Shown piece by piece: positions 1 through 9,815 of a DNA stretch of 64,000 nt. Each line of letters opens with the position of its first letter. Within the stretch, counting starts at the first letter, position 1. Position numbers and translations under genes: made by a program. Where the stretch lies: the NCBI GenBank assembly GCA_965205865.1, contig CBDBHR010000023.1:96001-160000 (forward strand). Direction: 5' to 3'. The notes under the pieces are model-generated. The model worked only from the letters and a program-made list of their open reading frames with translations, was not told the origin of the DNA and ran no database searches. The DNA is from a bacterium (lineage in GTDB: Bacteria; SAR324; NAC60-12).

Positions 1-123
1 TTTTGGGTGCCATAATTCTTAATATTGAAGTTATTCACAGTTATTTCAATGAATTATGGCACTTTTTAACCTCAAGTTTAAAGATATAATTCTAAAAAAT
101 ACCTTTTCGGCTAGGATCAAGCT

Positions 124-1986
124 ATGAAAAAAAATACTCCCCTTGCCGGAAAATTGCCTCACCTTCCTGATCTTCCCGGAGTGTATCGGTATCTGGATGA
201 AAGAGGTGAGATCCTCTACATTGGCAAAGCCAAATCCCTCAAAAACCGTGTACGTTCTTATTTCCGACCTTCTGCGCAGCATAATCTTCGAATCAGCTTG
301 ATGGTATCGCTGGTTCATGATGTCGATTCGACAGTCACCAATACGGAATCCGAAGCGCTGATTTTGGAAGCCCATGAGATCAAAAACCATCAACCCCGCT
401 ACAATGTTGAACTCAAAGACGACAAATCCTACCCTTTTTTTAAACTGACTACGCATGAAATGTATCCCCGCTTGCTCTTGGTTCGAGAATCATTTGTCAA
501 GCATGCGGAATATTATGGTCCTTATCCCTCGGTGCGAAATGCTCGACAGGTCCTGCGCTTGATCAATAAATATTTTTTGTTGCGTACGAGTCGTATGGAC
601 CTGGATGGCACGAAAACCTTCCGACCCTGTCTCAATTTTCAACTCAAACGCTGCTTGGCACCCTGCCGTGGAACGATCTCCGTAAAACAATATGCTGAGG
701 AAATGAGACAGGTCCGTTGGTTCCTGCAGGGCAAATACCGTCAATTGATTACTCTGCTTCAAACACGAATGCACGCGGCATCCGCAAATATGGATTTTGA
801 AAAAGCCGCAAAACTTCGAGACCAGATTCAAGCAATTCAACGGACTTTTGACAGACAGCAGTTTCTCACTCCTGCAAATGAAAATCTGGATGTACTGGCA
901 CTTTATCGCGAAGCGGATCTGGCAGGAGTCGAGGTCTTGTTCATACGCTATGGAAGATTGCTCTCCAGTGATTTTTTCTTTTTTGAAGAAGTTGAGAACG
1001 CATCAGACGACAACTTGCTCGGACAAGTCCTCAATCGCATATATATGGGGGATCGTTCTGTTATTCCACACAAGATCTTGCTACCTTTTCCCTATTCCGA
1101 CCAAAATGTGCTGGCCCAGGCATTGAGTGAGAAAATTCAGAGAAAAGTTCCCATCTCAATCCCTCAAAGAGGCAACAAAAAACATGCGCTCCTGTTGGCT
1201 TGGCGCAACGCAAAAGTTCACTTGCTCGAAAAGAAACAGCAACAGGTCGACCATGAAGCCCTTTTGCTGAAAATGCGGCAGCTGTTACACTTGAAAAAAT
1301 CTCCTCGAACCATTGAAGCTTTTGATATCTCCAATATTTCCGGAACACATACCGTAGCATCGATGGTATCCTGGAAAGATAACAAACCCGATAAGGAGAA
1401 TTATCGCAAATTCAAAATAAAAAACGTTGCAGGAGCGGATGATTTTATGAGCATGAAAGAGGTTTTAACCAGACGTTACCAACGAAGCGTCTCCGGCGAA
1501 AAACCTCTGCCGGATCTTATATTGATCGATGGAGGCAAAGGGCAACTGAGCATGGCATTGCTTGTTTTGAGCAAACTGGGAATTGATTTACAGCAAGTCG
1601 ATGTGATTGGTTTGGCAAAAGGACGTACGGAAAAAAGAAAAGGTCTGCCTCGTCCACGAGAAGAAGATTTTGAATACGTAGTAAAACCCTATCGGAAAAA
1701 CGAAATTCGGCTCAATCGCTATTCAGGGGTCCTGCATCTACTACAGAAAATCCGTGATGAATCCCACCGCTTCGCTATCACATATCACCGCAACCTACGC
1801 CGTAAAGCAACTCTGCATTCAGTGCTGGATGAGATCGAAGGCGTTGGTCTGACCCGAAAAAAAACGCTTCTGAAACACATCGGAAGTTTGAACAAAATCA
1901 AGGATGCGTCCGTGGAAACCTTAGAAGAAGTTCCAGGCATTTCACAACCCCTGGCTCGCACGATCTACCATTTCTTTCATCAATAG
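124..1986 (+). CDS. uvrC: Excinuclease ABC subunit C
   Basis: GIY-YIG N-terminus (PGVYRY...LYIGKAKSLKNRVRSYF), UVR domain, RNase H-like IEAFDISN / LILIDGGKGQL / IRDESHRFA, C-terminal HhH. Confidence 0.97.
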   Translation: MKKNTPLAGKLPHLPDLPGVYRYLDERGEILYIGKAKSLKNRVRSYFRPSAQHNLRISLMVSLVHDVDSTVTNTESEALILEAHEIKNHQPRYNVELKDDKSYPFFKLTTHEMYPRLLLVRESFVKHAEYYGPYPSVRNARQVLRLINKYFLLRTSRMDLDGTKTFRPCLNFQLKRCLAPCRGTISVKQYAEEMRQVRWFLQGKYRQLITLLQTRMHAASANMDFEKAAKLRDQIQAIQRTFDRQQFLTPANENLDVLALYREADLAGVEVLFIRYGRLLSSDFFFFEEVENASDDNLLGQVLNRIYMGDRSVIPHKILLPFPYSDQNVLAQALSEKIQRKVPISIPQRGNKKHALLLAWRNAKVHLLEKKQQQVDHEALLLKMRQLLHLKKSPRTIEAFDISNISGTHTVASMVSWKDNKPDKENYRKFKIKNVAGADDFMSMKEVLTRRYQRSVSGEKPLPDLILIDGGKGQLSMALLVLSKLGIDLQQVDVIGLAKGRTEKRKGLPRPREEDFEYVVKPYRKNEIRLNRYSGVLHLLQKIRDESHRFAITYHRNLRRKATLHSVLDEIEGVGLTRKKTLLKHIGSLNKIKDASVETLEEVPGISQPLARTIYHFFHQ

Positions 1987-2804
1987 CCGCTCCTACTCCA
2001 TTTTTTAGAATCAGTTGCGGGATTAGCGCGAGATTCAAGCAAGGCATGGGATTTTGGGATTTTTCCCAGGTGGTACTGAAAATATGCTACAAACGCCGCG
2101 TCCAACTCTTTTGCATTTTGAGCAGTTGGTCGAATATTTACATGAATGAGGGCATGCTGTTCTAAATGTCGCAAAAAAGTAAGCGTTCCCGGAGACAAAG
2201 GTACGCAAACGGAAAGACGAAGCGTACATTCGGGACAACGAAATCCTCCTTGCGCGCAATCCAACTGGTGAACAGCCTTTTTCCTCAACTGCGGAAGCGC
2301 TCCCGAAGAAAACTCCCACAATTGAACATTGCACTGGATACAGACGTCCGGATTCGGCCAAATTCCCAGCAGCTCGAGAAGGCTCTTTTCAAACTCGACT
2401 TTGATTTTTGTAAAAATTTGTAAAGGTTGCAAACTTTCCAATCCGGAAAGCAACAAATCAAAAAAATGGGGCGCTTCTTGCGAATCGATCGCGCAAAGGT
2501 GAATCCATTCGGTAAAATAGGTGGCATGGAGAATTTTTTCGTAGCTGAGTCGTATCGGATAGAAGCTATTCAAAAGGCCCAGTTTTCGGATCCGCACCAA
2601 TTCTGCATGAGGTTTCTCTACATATTGCACGTTTACATGGGTAAAGGGTTCTGAGAGACCGACATGAGGAGAGTTAATTTTTTTCGCTCCTCTGAGGACG
2701 CCCGTTATTTTGCCCTGATCCTTGGTCAGCAAGGTAATAATCTTATCGCTTTCATGAAAATCGATTTGCTTGATGATCAGCCCTTCCGAGGATTGTGGTT
2801 TCAT
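1980..2804 (-). CDS. recO: DNA repair protein RecO
   Basis: ESDKIITLLTKDQGKI..RGAKK N-terminus and C-terminal Zn finger CxxC...GGFRCPEC. Confidence 0.92.
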   Translation of the reverse strand: MKPQSSEGLIIKQIDFHESDKIITLLTKDQGKITGVLRGAKKINSPHVGLSEPFTHVNVQYVEKPHAELVRIRKLGLLNSFYPIRLSYEKILHATYFTEWIHLCAIDSQEAPHFFDLLLSGLESLQPLQIFTKIKVEFEKSLLELLGIWPNPDVCIQCNVQLWEFSSGALPQLRKKAVHQLDCAQGGFRCPECTLRLSVCVPLSPGTLTFLRHLEQHALIHVNIRPTAQNAKELDAAFVAYFQYHLGKIPKSHALLESRANPATDSKKWSRSGY

Positions 2805-2827
2805 TTTGGAGTGAGCAAATTGAGTTT

Positions 2828-3333
2828 TCAGGCACTTCCTTCGTTGAAAATTTCGCGCCCTATCAGCATCCGACGGATCTCATTCGTTCCTGCACCTATA
2901 TCATAGAGCTTGGCGTCGCGCAGTAAACGACCGGTCGGATACTCATTGACGTACCCGTTTCCACCAAGACTCCGGATTGCTTCCAAGGAGACTTTCACCG
3001 AATTTTCTGATGCAAAAAGAAGGCAGGCTGCCGTGTCTCGTCGAGAGACCTGGTTCAGGTCACAATTGTTGGCCACTCGGTACACAAACGCGCGGGATGC
3101 CTGCAAAGCGGTATACATATCTGCTATTTTTCCTTGCATCAATTCAAAGGTTCCGATGGGTTGGTTGAATTGGGTGCGTTCATGAAGATAAGGAAGGGTG
3201 ATATCCATGGCGGCTTGCATGATGCCAAGCGCTCCTCCTGCCAGCACGACTCGTTCCAAATTCAAGCCCCGCATCAGCACGCGCGTACCGCGATTTGTCT
3301 CCCCAATTCGATTCTTTTCCGGAATTCGTTTTT
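2828..3333 (-). pseudogene. C-terminal fragment of an isovaleryl-CoA-type acyl-CoA dehydrogenase
   Basis: LNLERVVLAGG...QFNQPIGTFELMQGKIADMY...LGGNGYVNEYPTGRLLRDAKLYDIGAGTNEIRR; similarity extends upstream (RIPEKNRIGETNRG) to about 3333, and the N-terminal half is absent. Confidence 0.85.
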
Positions 3334-3440
3334 TTGATCGATCTCATCTGCAATCGGCGCAATTTCAGTTGCGGCAAACTTACGGGTGGATTCGAGTAGC
3401 AGATCAATCTCTTTATTCAATTGCGTATCCCAGTTCATCG

Positions 3441-4166
3441 TCACTCATTGTTCGAGTTTTTTTTCTCCTCTTGCTCTTCCATTCTTACCTTTAAAAGAGC
3501 GGATGATAACAATCCGGCCGGCACGGCAACGATTCCTAAACCAATCATGAGAATCACAAAGGTGAATATTCGTCCCCCAAGCGTAATTGGGTACATATCG
3601 CCATATCCCACCGTACTCAATGTGGCAACCGCCCACCAAAGGCTATGAAAAACGCTATTAAATACTTCAGGCTGAGCTTCACTTTCAAAATAATAAATTC
3701 CCACTGCAGATATATACAAAAGCATGGCCGTGACCACGCTAAATAAGATGATTTCTTCTCTTGCAATGACAAATGCCCTGGAAAATCTGTGTATTGCCCT
3801 ATTGTATCGAAGTATCTTCAGCAATTGAAAAATTCGCAACATTCGAAATATTCTCAACGATCTCAAATCAATTCCGGATGCGAGATAAAAAGGAACGACG
3901 GCGATTAAATCAATTATTCCGTAAAAGCTCAGCACGTAGTGAATTTTCCTGTCCGCAACGTACAACCTGAGTATATATTCGATGGTGAATATGATGACTA
4001 TCACTATTTCTATGATTCGGAGCACTTCCCGTGTCTTGCTTGAAAGGTCTGGCAGGGTTTCTATGGAAAAGGTGACAATCGACAAAAGTATCAGTGCTTG
4101 TATAAACCAATCGAACGTTTGGCCTGCTCTCGTATCATTTCTCTCAACTATCGTCTTTATGTCCAT
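3441..4166 (-). CDS. Voltage-gated-type potassium channel (ion transport protein)
   Basis: Selectivity filter TVGYGD, Arg-rich S4 segment LRSLRIFRMLRIFQLLK, several TM helices. Confidence 0.93.
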   Translation of the reverse strand: MDIKTIVERNDTRAGQTFDWFIQALILLSIVTFSIETLPDLSSKTREVLRIIEIVIVIIFTIEYILRLYVADRKIHYVLSFYGIIDLIAVVPFYLASGIDLRSLRIFRMLRIFQLLKILRYNRAIHRFSRAFVIAREEIILFSVVTAMLLYISAVGIYYFESEAQPEVFNSVFHSLWWAVATLSTVGYGDMYPITLGGRIFTFVILMIGLGIVAVPAGLLSSALLKVRMEEQEEKKNSNNE

Positions 4167-4329
4167 CGATGGGTTTTACGCATTAAAGGGCAGAACTGAC
4201 ACAGAGCGTCCTGCAAAAGATCCGCACGGTGGTGATAATTGTAACCCCTGATTGCACCGGTTCAATAGCTTTTTACCCATTCAGAGATTTCTCATTCCGA
4301 ACGAATGTGAGGAATCCTGAAGATCTCTT

Positions 4330-4497
4330 CCTGCGGTCTATCCCAGCTATAGCAGCCGCTATTCCCGAAGAGATGCGCTTCATTTCAAACAGTTTCACAG
4401 CCACCGCCATTCACGCTTCCTGCTCAAACTGCGAACGAGTGGCTTGCAAAATATCAGGCAAATTTGCTGGATATTCAATCGTCATTTTTGATTCCAT
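4330..4497 (-). pseudogene. UPF0175-family (antitoxin-like) remnant
   Basis: Manual translation MESKMTIEYPANLPDILQATRSQFEQEA*MAVAVKLFEMKRISSGIAAAIAGIDR with an in-frame TGA at 4411-4413; 3' end lost. Confidence 0.65.
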
Positions 4498-4667
4498 CTT
4501 TCCTCTGAGGATGAGTCATTCCACCGAATAAAATTGTAGCAAAGATTTGACAGAGAGACAAGTAGCTCAACGAACTACAACTGCAAAGAGCTTGTTTAAC
4601 AGTGAAAGTATTCCTCCAGTCTGCAAACAATTTTGCTGGTGACCCCTCATTACATTCCCCGTCTTGA

Positions 4668-5296
4668 AAAAAAATTGATCGCGCATAAAAAAATGTTTGC
4701 ATTTTATAATTTTTTTCTATAATCTGTCTCAAAAAGATTATGATAAAAAATATATCGGTTGAAATTGACCGGTTAAAACTATGTCAATATCCATATAAAT
4801 CAATTATTTCTATGATTTATAAGATTATGTTGCTCGAACCGATAATCGGCATCAGATAAAATAAAATTTAATTATTATTTGATTCTTTGAAAATGATTAT
4901 TTATAATAATTGCAGATACAAACAAAAGAAACCTCTCCCCCATGAAGCGAACGACAGCGAAACATTGGCAGCTTCGCTTGGGACTATCGCACCTGAAGAA
5001 GAAATCATCAGGAGCTGAGCTATCAATTTTTGCTAATTTTAAAAAAATTGATCGCGCATAAAAAAAAGTTTGCATTTTACAATTTTTTTCTATAATCTGT
5101 CTCAAAAAGATTATGATAAAAAATATATCGGTTGAAATTGACCGGTTAAAACTATGTCAATATCCATATAAATCAATTATTTCTATGATTTATAAGATTA
5201 TGTTGCTCGAACCGATAATCGGCATCAGATAAAATAAAATTTAATTATTATTTGATTCTTTGAAAATGATTATCTATAATAATTGCAGATACAAAC
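4668..5296 (+). repeat. Direct duplication of an approximately 255-bp AT-rich upstream region (about 4668-4923 and 5041-5296)
   Basis: Near-identical copies starting aaaaaaattgatcgcgcataaaa and ending ataattgcagatacaaac. Confidence 0.95.
5252..5291 (+). promoter_or_regulatory. Sigma70-like promoter with an overlapping palindrome (candidate BlaI operator)
   Basis: TTGATT (5252-5257), 17 bp, TATAAT (5275-5280); imperfect inverted repeat TATCTATAAT-A-ATTGCAGATA (5271-5291) covers the -10, about 30 bp before the blaI-like start. Confidence 0.6.
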
Positions 5297-5322
5297 CAAA
5301 ATAAGAAAAGATAAGGAGATGA

Positions 5323-5691
5323 ATGGCAGAAAAGATCAGCAATGCGGAACGGGTCGTGATGGAGGTTTTATGGGAAAAATCACCGTTATCGGCCCAAGAG
5401 GTGGTTGAAGCCGTTGCCCTGCAAAAGGACATGCATGAGAAGACCGTGAAGACGCTGTTGAACCACTTGTTAAAGAAAAAGATTTTGGGGTTCGATAAGG
5501 AAAAGAGAAAATATCTGTATTATCCCCTGCTCAGCCGAAAAGCGTACGTGCAATTTGAAAATAAAAAATTTTTAGAGAATTGGTTTGGTGACAAAGTCTC
5601 GCATCAATTGCTGGTCAGTTTTGCTGCTAAAGAATTATTGAGCAAGCAAGAAATCGAGGAATTGAAAAAACTATTAGATGAAATGGATTGA
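5323..5691 (+). CDS. BlaI/MecI/CopY family transcriptional repressor
   Basis: ISNAERVVMEVLWEKSPLSAQEV...TVKTLLNHLLKK...KYLYYPLLSR...LSKQEIEELKKLL; followed by an M56 gene. Confidence 0.95.
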   Translation: MAEKISNAERVVMEVLWEKSPLSAQEVVEAVALQKDMHEKTVKTLLNHLLKKKILGFDKEKRKYLYYPLLSRKAYVQFENKKFLENWFGDKVSHQLLVSFAAKELLSKQEIEELKKLLDEMD

Positions 5692-5710
5692 TCCATTGAG
5701 GAGGTGTTGA

Positions 5711-8533
5711 ATGGCAACTCTATTGTACGGATTAGTGGAGGCCACCCTGTGGTCCAGTCTCTTAATCGTTTTCGTGTTCTTGATTCGCAAACCGGTGGTT
5801 CGTTATTTCGGAGCAAAATGGGGTTACGCGCTTTGGTTGCTCCCCGCGCTTAAAATGATGATCATCGTTACCCCCCAAACCCAACTCAGTCTCCTTCCTT
5901 CCTGGCAAACCATCCTTTATAACTTCAAGATGCAGCAAGGGGTGTATGCCCTGCTGCAAAACAAAAAGCCTCTCACGGCTTCCGAAGCATTATTCCAACA
6001 GATCAAAGCAGAGAATACGGCTCGCATAGAAGCCATGAAAACTGCCGTGATGCAGGAGGAGAGATCATCTTTCCCTGCGAATCGCATCAGTGAGCAAAGC
6101 CTCCTTGCCTCAGGTTCCCCATCATCCGACCCGGTTGGCGGGTGGCCTGTTTTTTCCAAAATAGACGGCATGACGATACTCTTCTTCGCGTGGCTTGGCG
6201 GTTTCATGGTGATGGGGCTGATCACCGTAGGCGGGCATGCGCGTTTGCAGAAGCAACTGCAGCGAGAAAAGCGCAAACCTTCCCCGGAAATGAGATGGCT
6301 GATCGAAAAACTGGCTCGCAAAATGGGCTTGAAGTTCCGGGGAGAGGTGCTCGTCTCTGCCCGCATTCAGGCACCGGCGGTGACTGGATGGCTGCATCCC
6401 AAATTGGTGCTGCCCCTCCGGTTTGCCGAATTCTATTCTAAACAAGAAATGGAATTCATGCTCAGCCATGAACTGGTCCATCTGCAACGCAGAGATTATC
6501 TCTTTATCACCTGGGCGTTGTTGCTCAAGTGTATTTATTGGTTCAACCCGTTGGTCTATCTGGCCTATCCCCTCTTCCGCTTGGATCAGGAACTGGCCTG
6601 CGATCAATTGGTTATAACCTCCGTTGCCCCCCAGGAACGGAAATCGTATGGATTGACCATACTCAAAACGTTATCCCAGCCGGAAATGATGTTTGAAAAT
6701 TTCCAGGCGGGGTGCTTTTGGTTTACTTTTTCTCAAATGAAAGAAAGGATTGCTATGATAAATCATCATCGAAACTCAAAAGGGCGTTCCATGCTGGCCC
6801 TCATCAGCATGATTGTACTTGGTTTCACGGCCTTGACCTTTGCCGCCTCCGACATGGTCAAAGACCCCACGACCGGTAAAATGGTCACTGCACCTGAATA
6901 TGGCGGGACAATAACCTATGCCTCAAGAGGCGAGCCGGCGGGTCCTGACGCCTTGGTCTCTGGTCCAAAGGTATTATCGTACGTCTCTGTCGTCAACGAG
7001 AAGCTAGCCATCGGGGACTGGGCAACGCCCAGGGACGAATGGGACTTTACAACCTCATACGTACCATTTTCTGTCCTTAAAGGACAGCTAGCTGAAAGCT
7101 GGGCAACGCCCGACACACTAACTATCGTCGTCCACATCCGCCAGGGCGTTCACTGGCATGATAAGCCGCCGATGAACGGTCGGGAGCTGACTGCCCAGGA
7201 TATCGAGTACAACTATCACCGTTTGTTGGGTATGGGTAGCGGTTTCACCGAACGTAGCGAATGGGCTGCTCAACGCTTCACCGGTGTGCAATTTGAATCG
7301 ATAGAAGCCACCGACAAATGGACGGTTGTTTTTAAGCTGAGGGAGCTAAGCGTCGGTGCGCTGGGGAATATCCTCGACGGCCTGAACACCTGGATATACC
7401 CCCCCGAGGTGATCAAGGAACACGGTGACGTTTCGGATTGGAGGAACCTGGTCGGCACCGGACCCATGATGCTGACTGACTGGGTCAAGGGAAGCAGCTG
7501 GACCTACACCAAGAATCCTGACTACTGGGGCTACGACGAAAAATACCCGGAGAACCGCTTGCCCTATATTGACCAGTTGAGGGCCCTGATTATGCCCGAA
7601 CCGGCAACATCTCTAGCGGCACTGCGCACGGGTAGGATTGATTACATGGGTCCGATCGGCCAAACTCAAATGAGGACTCTCGACCAGGTAGAGAGCCTCC
7701 AGCGGACCAACCCCGAACTCGTGATATTGCCGTTCGCCGAACGGTCGGATAATGGTTTGGGTATGAACGTTCAGTTGCCGATCTTTAGCGACATCAGGGT
7801 GCGCAAGGCAATGCAGATGGCAATAAACCTCGAGGAAATCAACAACGCCTACTTCAAGGGTTATGCAGATATAGTACCTCAGGGGCAGCTAAGCCGGTTT
7901 ATGACAGAGGTTGTCACCCCATTTGAAGAGTGGCCCGAAGATGTCAAGAAGGTCTTTACCTACGACCCGGAAGGTGCCGAAGCGTTGCTTGACGAGGCCG
8001 GATACAAGCGCGGCGCCGACGGCATTAGATTTAAGACCAAGTTGATGCACATCGAGCGGTACGATTTGAGCTATGTAGAATTAGTCGCTTCATACTGGAA
8101 TAAGATTGGCATTGATGTAGAGATTGGTGTAGAACCACTAGCTTCCTTTGTCGCTAGAAGAAATCAGAGGGATTTCGAAATGTCCAGTGCGGAAGCGGCC
8201 GGGCGTGGGGACCCATTGGGATGGCAATATCGCTATATGACGGCCGCAGGACACAACAGCTCCAATGTCAACGACCCGGTTTATGAAGCCATGTATGAAG
8301 CCGGCGCAGCCGCTACCACCCTCGAGGAGCAGAACAGGATAGCTGGAGAGCTGAATCAGTATGGGATAGAGAAGTTCTGGACGATATTTGGTCCTGTGGC
8401 CCCACAGTATCAGGCGATCCATCCGTGGATCAAAGGTTTTAACGGTGAATATCACTTGGGACGCGATCAACACAACACCCTCTTCACCCGCCTCTGGATT
8501 GATAGTGCGCTGAAGAAAGAAATGGGGCATTAG
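5711..8533 (+). CDS. Fusion of a BlaR1/M56 metallopeptidase and a family-5 ABC substrate-binding protein
   Basis: N-terminal M56 motifs (YALWLL, PAVTGWLHPKLVLP, HELVHLQRRD, YWFNPLVY, DQELACD, KERIAMI), a hydrophobic helix, then a full SBP_bac_5 domain (PEYGG, LAESW, IRQGVHWHD, GTGP, KNPDYWG, DIRVRKAMQMAIN) in one ORF. Confidence 0.92.
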   Translation: MATLLYGLVEATLWSSLLIVFVFLIRKPVVRYFGAKWGYALWLLPALKMMIIVTPQTQLSLLPSWQTILYNFKMQQGVYALLQNKKPLTASEALFQQIKAENTARIEAMKTAVMQEERSSFPANRISEQSLLASGSPSSDPVGGWPVFSKIDGMTILFFAWLGGFMVMGLITVGGHARLQKQLQREKRKPSPEMRWLIEKLARKMGLKFRGEVLVSARIQAPAVTGWLHPKLVLPLRFAEFYSKQEMEFMLSHELVHLQRRDYLFITWALLLKCIYWFNPLVYLAYPLFRLDQELACDQLVITSVAPQERKSYGLTILKTLSQPEMMFENFQAGCFWFTFSQMKERIAMINHHRNSKGRSMLALISMIVLGFTALTFAASDMVKDPTTGKMVTAPEYGGTITYASRGEPAGPDALVSGPKVLSYVSVVNEKLAIGDWATPRDEWDFTTSYVPFSVLKGQLAESWATPDTLTIVVHIRQGVHWHDKPPMNGRELTAQDIEYNYHRLLGMGSGFTERSEWAAQRFTGVQFESIEATDKWTVVFKLRELSVGALGNILDGLNTWIYPPEVIKEHGDVSDWRNLVGTGPMMLTDWVKGSSWTYTKNPDYWGYDEKYPENRLPYIDQLRALIMPEPATSLAALRTGRIDYMGPIGQTQMRTLDQVESLQRTNPELVILPFAERSDNGLGMNVQLPIFSDIRVRKAMQMAINLEEINNAYFKGYADIVPQGQLSRFMTEVVTPFEEWPEDVKKVFTYDPEGAEALLDEAGYKRGADGIRFKTKLMHIERYDLSYVELVASYWNKIGIDVEIGVEPLASFVARRNQRDFEMSSAEAAGRGDPLGWQYRYMTAAGHNSSNVNDPVYEAMYEAGAAATTLEEQNRIAGELNQYGIEKFWTIFGPVAPQYQAIHPWIKGFNGEYHLGRDQHNTLFTRLWIDSALKKEMGH

Positions 8534-8542
8534 AGGTTTCAG

Positions 8543-9502
8543 ATGAGAGCCTATCTCATCAGGCGGTTATTGCTGATCCTGCCCACCCTGTTTCTCTTGA
8601 GCATCCTGGTCTTTCTCTCGGTGCGCTTCATCCCTGGCGATGTGGTGGACGTAATGATAGGTAGGATGGAATACCAAACAACGGGGACGCTTGACCGTGC
8701 AGCCGTTGAGCGCCGGCTGGGATTAGATGTGCCTGTCCATGTGCAGTATGCGCGCTGGATAGGAGGCATTTTCCTGCACGGCAGCCTTGGCGAATCGCTG
8801 ATGGGCCATGGGGCGGTGGAGGAGAAGATCATAGATAGATTGCCGGTCACCCTTGAGCTTGGCCTCCTGGCCATCGTAATCGGGCTCTTGATCGCCCTAC
8901 CGGTCGGCATCTACTCGGCGATTCGCCAGGATACGCTCGCCGACTACCTGGGGCGCTCTCTGGCTGTCATCGGCTTGGCCACGCCGAACTTCTGGCTGGG
9001 AATTATGGTGATGATCTTCCCAGCCATCTGGTGGGGCTGGGCGCCGCCACTGGAACTGGTTGCTTTCACCGAGGATCCGCTGGGGAATCTGGCGGTGTTC
9101 CTCACTCCCAGTCTGATTCTGGGAACAGCTTCCTCTGCCGCCACCATGCGGATGATGCGCACCATGATGCTGGAGGTGCTAAGGCAGGACTATATCAGGA
9201 CCGCCTGGTCCAAGGGACTCAGGGAGCGGGTCGTGGTGATCCGGCACACCCTCAAAAATGCCCTCATCCCGGTTATCACCCTGATTGGTCTGCAGTTGCC
9301 GATCCTGGTCGGGGGCGCCGTGATCATGGAGAACATCTTCAACCTGCCGGGGATCGGTCGTCTCCTGGTGAATGCCCTCAATGAGCGAGACTACCCAATG
9401 GTCTCCGGAATCAACCTCTTTTTCGCCACCGGGGTGGTCCTACTCAATCTCCTCATCGACCTGATTTATCCCTATTTGGATACGAGGGTGCGGTATGAAT
9501 AA
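8543..9502 (+). CDS. Peptide/nickel ABC transporter permease (DppB/OppB-like)
   Basis: YLIRRLL...PGD, EAA-loop region EVLRQDYIRTAWSKGL, HTLKNALIP, IENIFNLPGIG. Confidence 0.93.
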   Translation: MRAYLIRRLLLILPTLFLLSILVFLSVRFIPGDVVDVMIGRMEYQTTGTLDRAAVERRLGLDVPVHVQYARWIGGIFLHGSLGESLMGHGAVEEKIIDRLPVTLELGLLAIVIGLLIALPVGIYSAIRQDTLADYLGRSLAVIGLATPNFWLGIMVMIFPAIWWGWAPPLELVAFTEDPLGNLAVFLTPSLILGTASSAATMRMMRTMMLEVLRQDYIRTAWSKGLRERVVVIRHTLKNALIPVITLIGLQLPILVGGAVIMENIFNLPGIGRLLVNALNERDYPMVSGINLFFATGVVLLNLLIDLIYPYLDTRVRYE

Positions 9503-9625
9503 GGCCAGCGGGTGGTCCTTCCAAACACCCGCCATTTTTTGTAACATAATATTCTCCTGGATGAGGGACTGCTTCGAGGTTCCCCTGTCTTCTGCCTTCT
9601 GTGTCACGAAACCACGTCTCATCTT
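9495..9625 (+). repeat. Post-permease repeat, second copy at about 15303-15445
   Basis: tatgaataaggccagcggg..ccttccaaacacccgccattttt...tctgccttc.gtgtcac shared by both loci. Confidence 0.8.
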
Positions 9626-9815
9626 TGCTTTTGTGTGATTTTCAATGGAGGTAAGCGCCATGAGAAATGTTTCCTCCTCAAAGATTTTGCGTTCGCCCTC
9701 TTACGGCCTCTAAAAGTGTCCTTTTGGTCTTCAAAAAGAAGAGACAGAAATGACCGAGTGGCGAGGGATCCTGTGGAGGAGAGGAAACCAGCAGAGGAGA
9801 AGGAACGAGGGGAAT

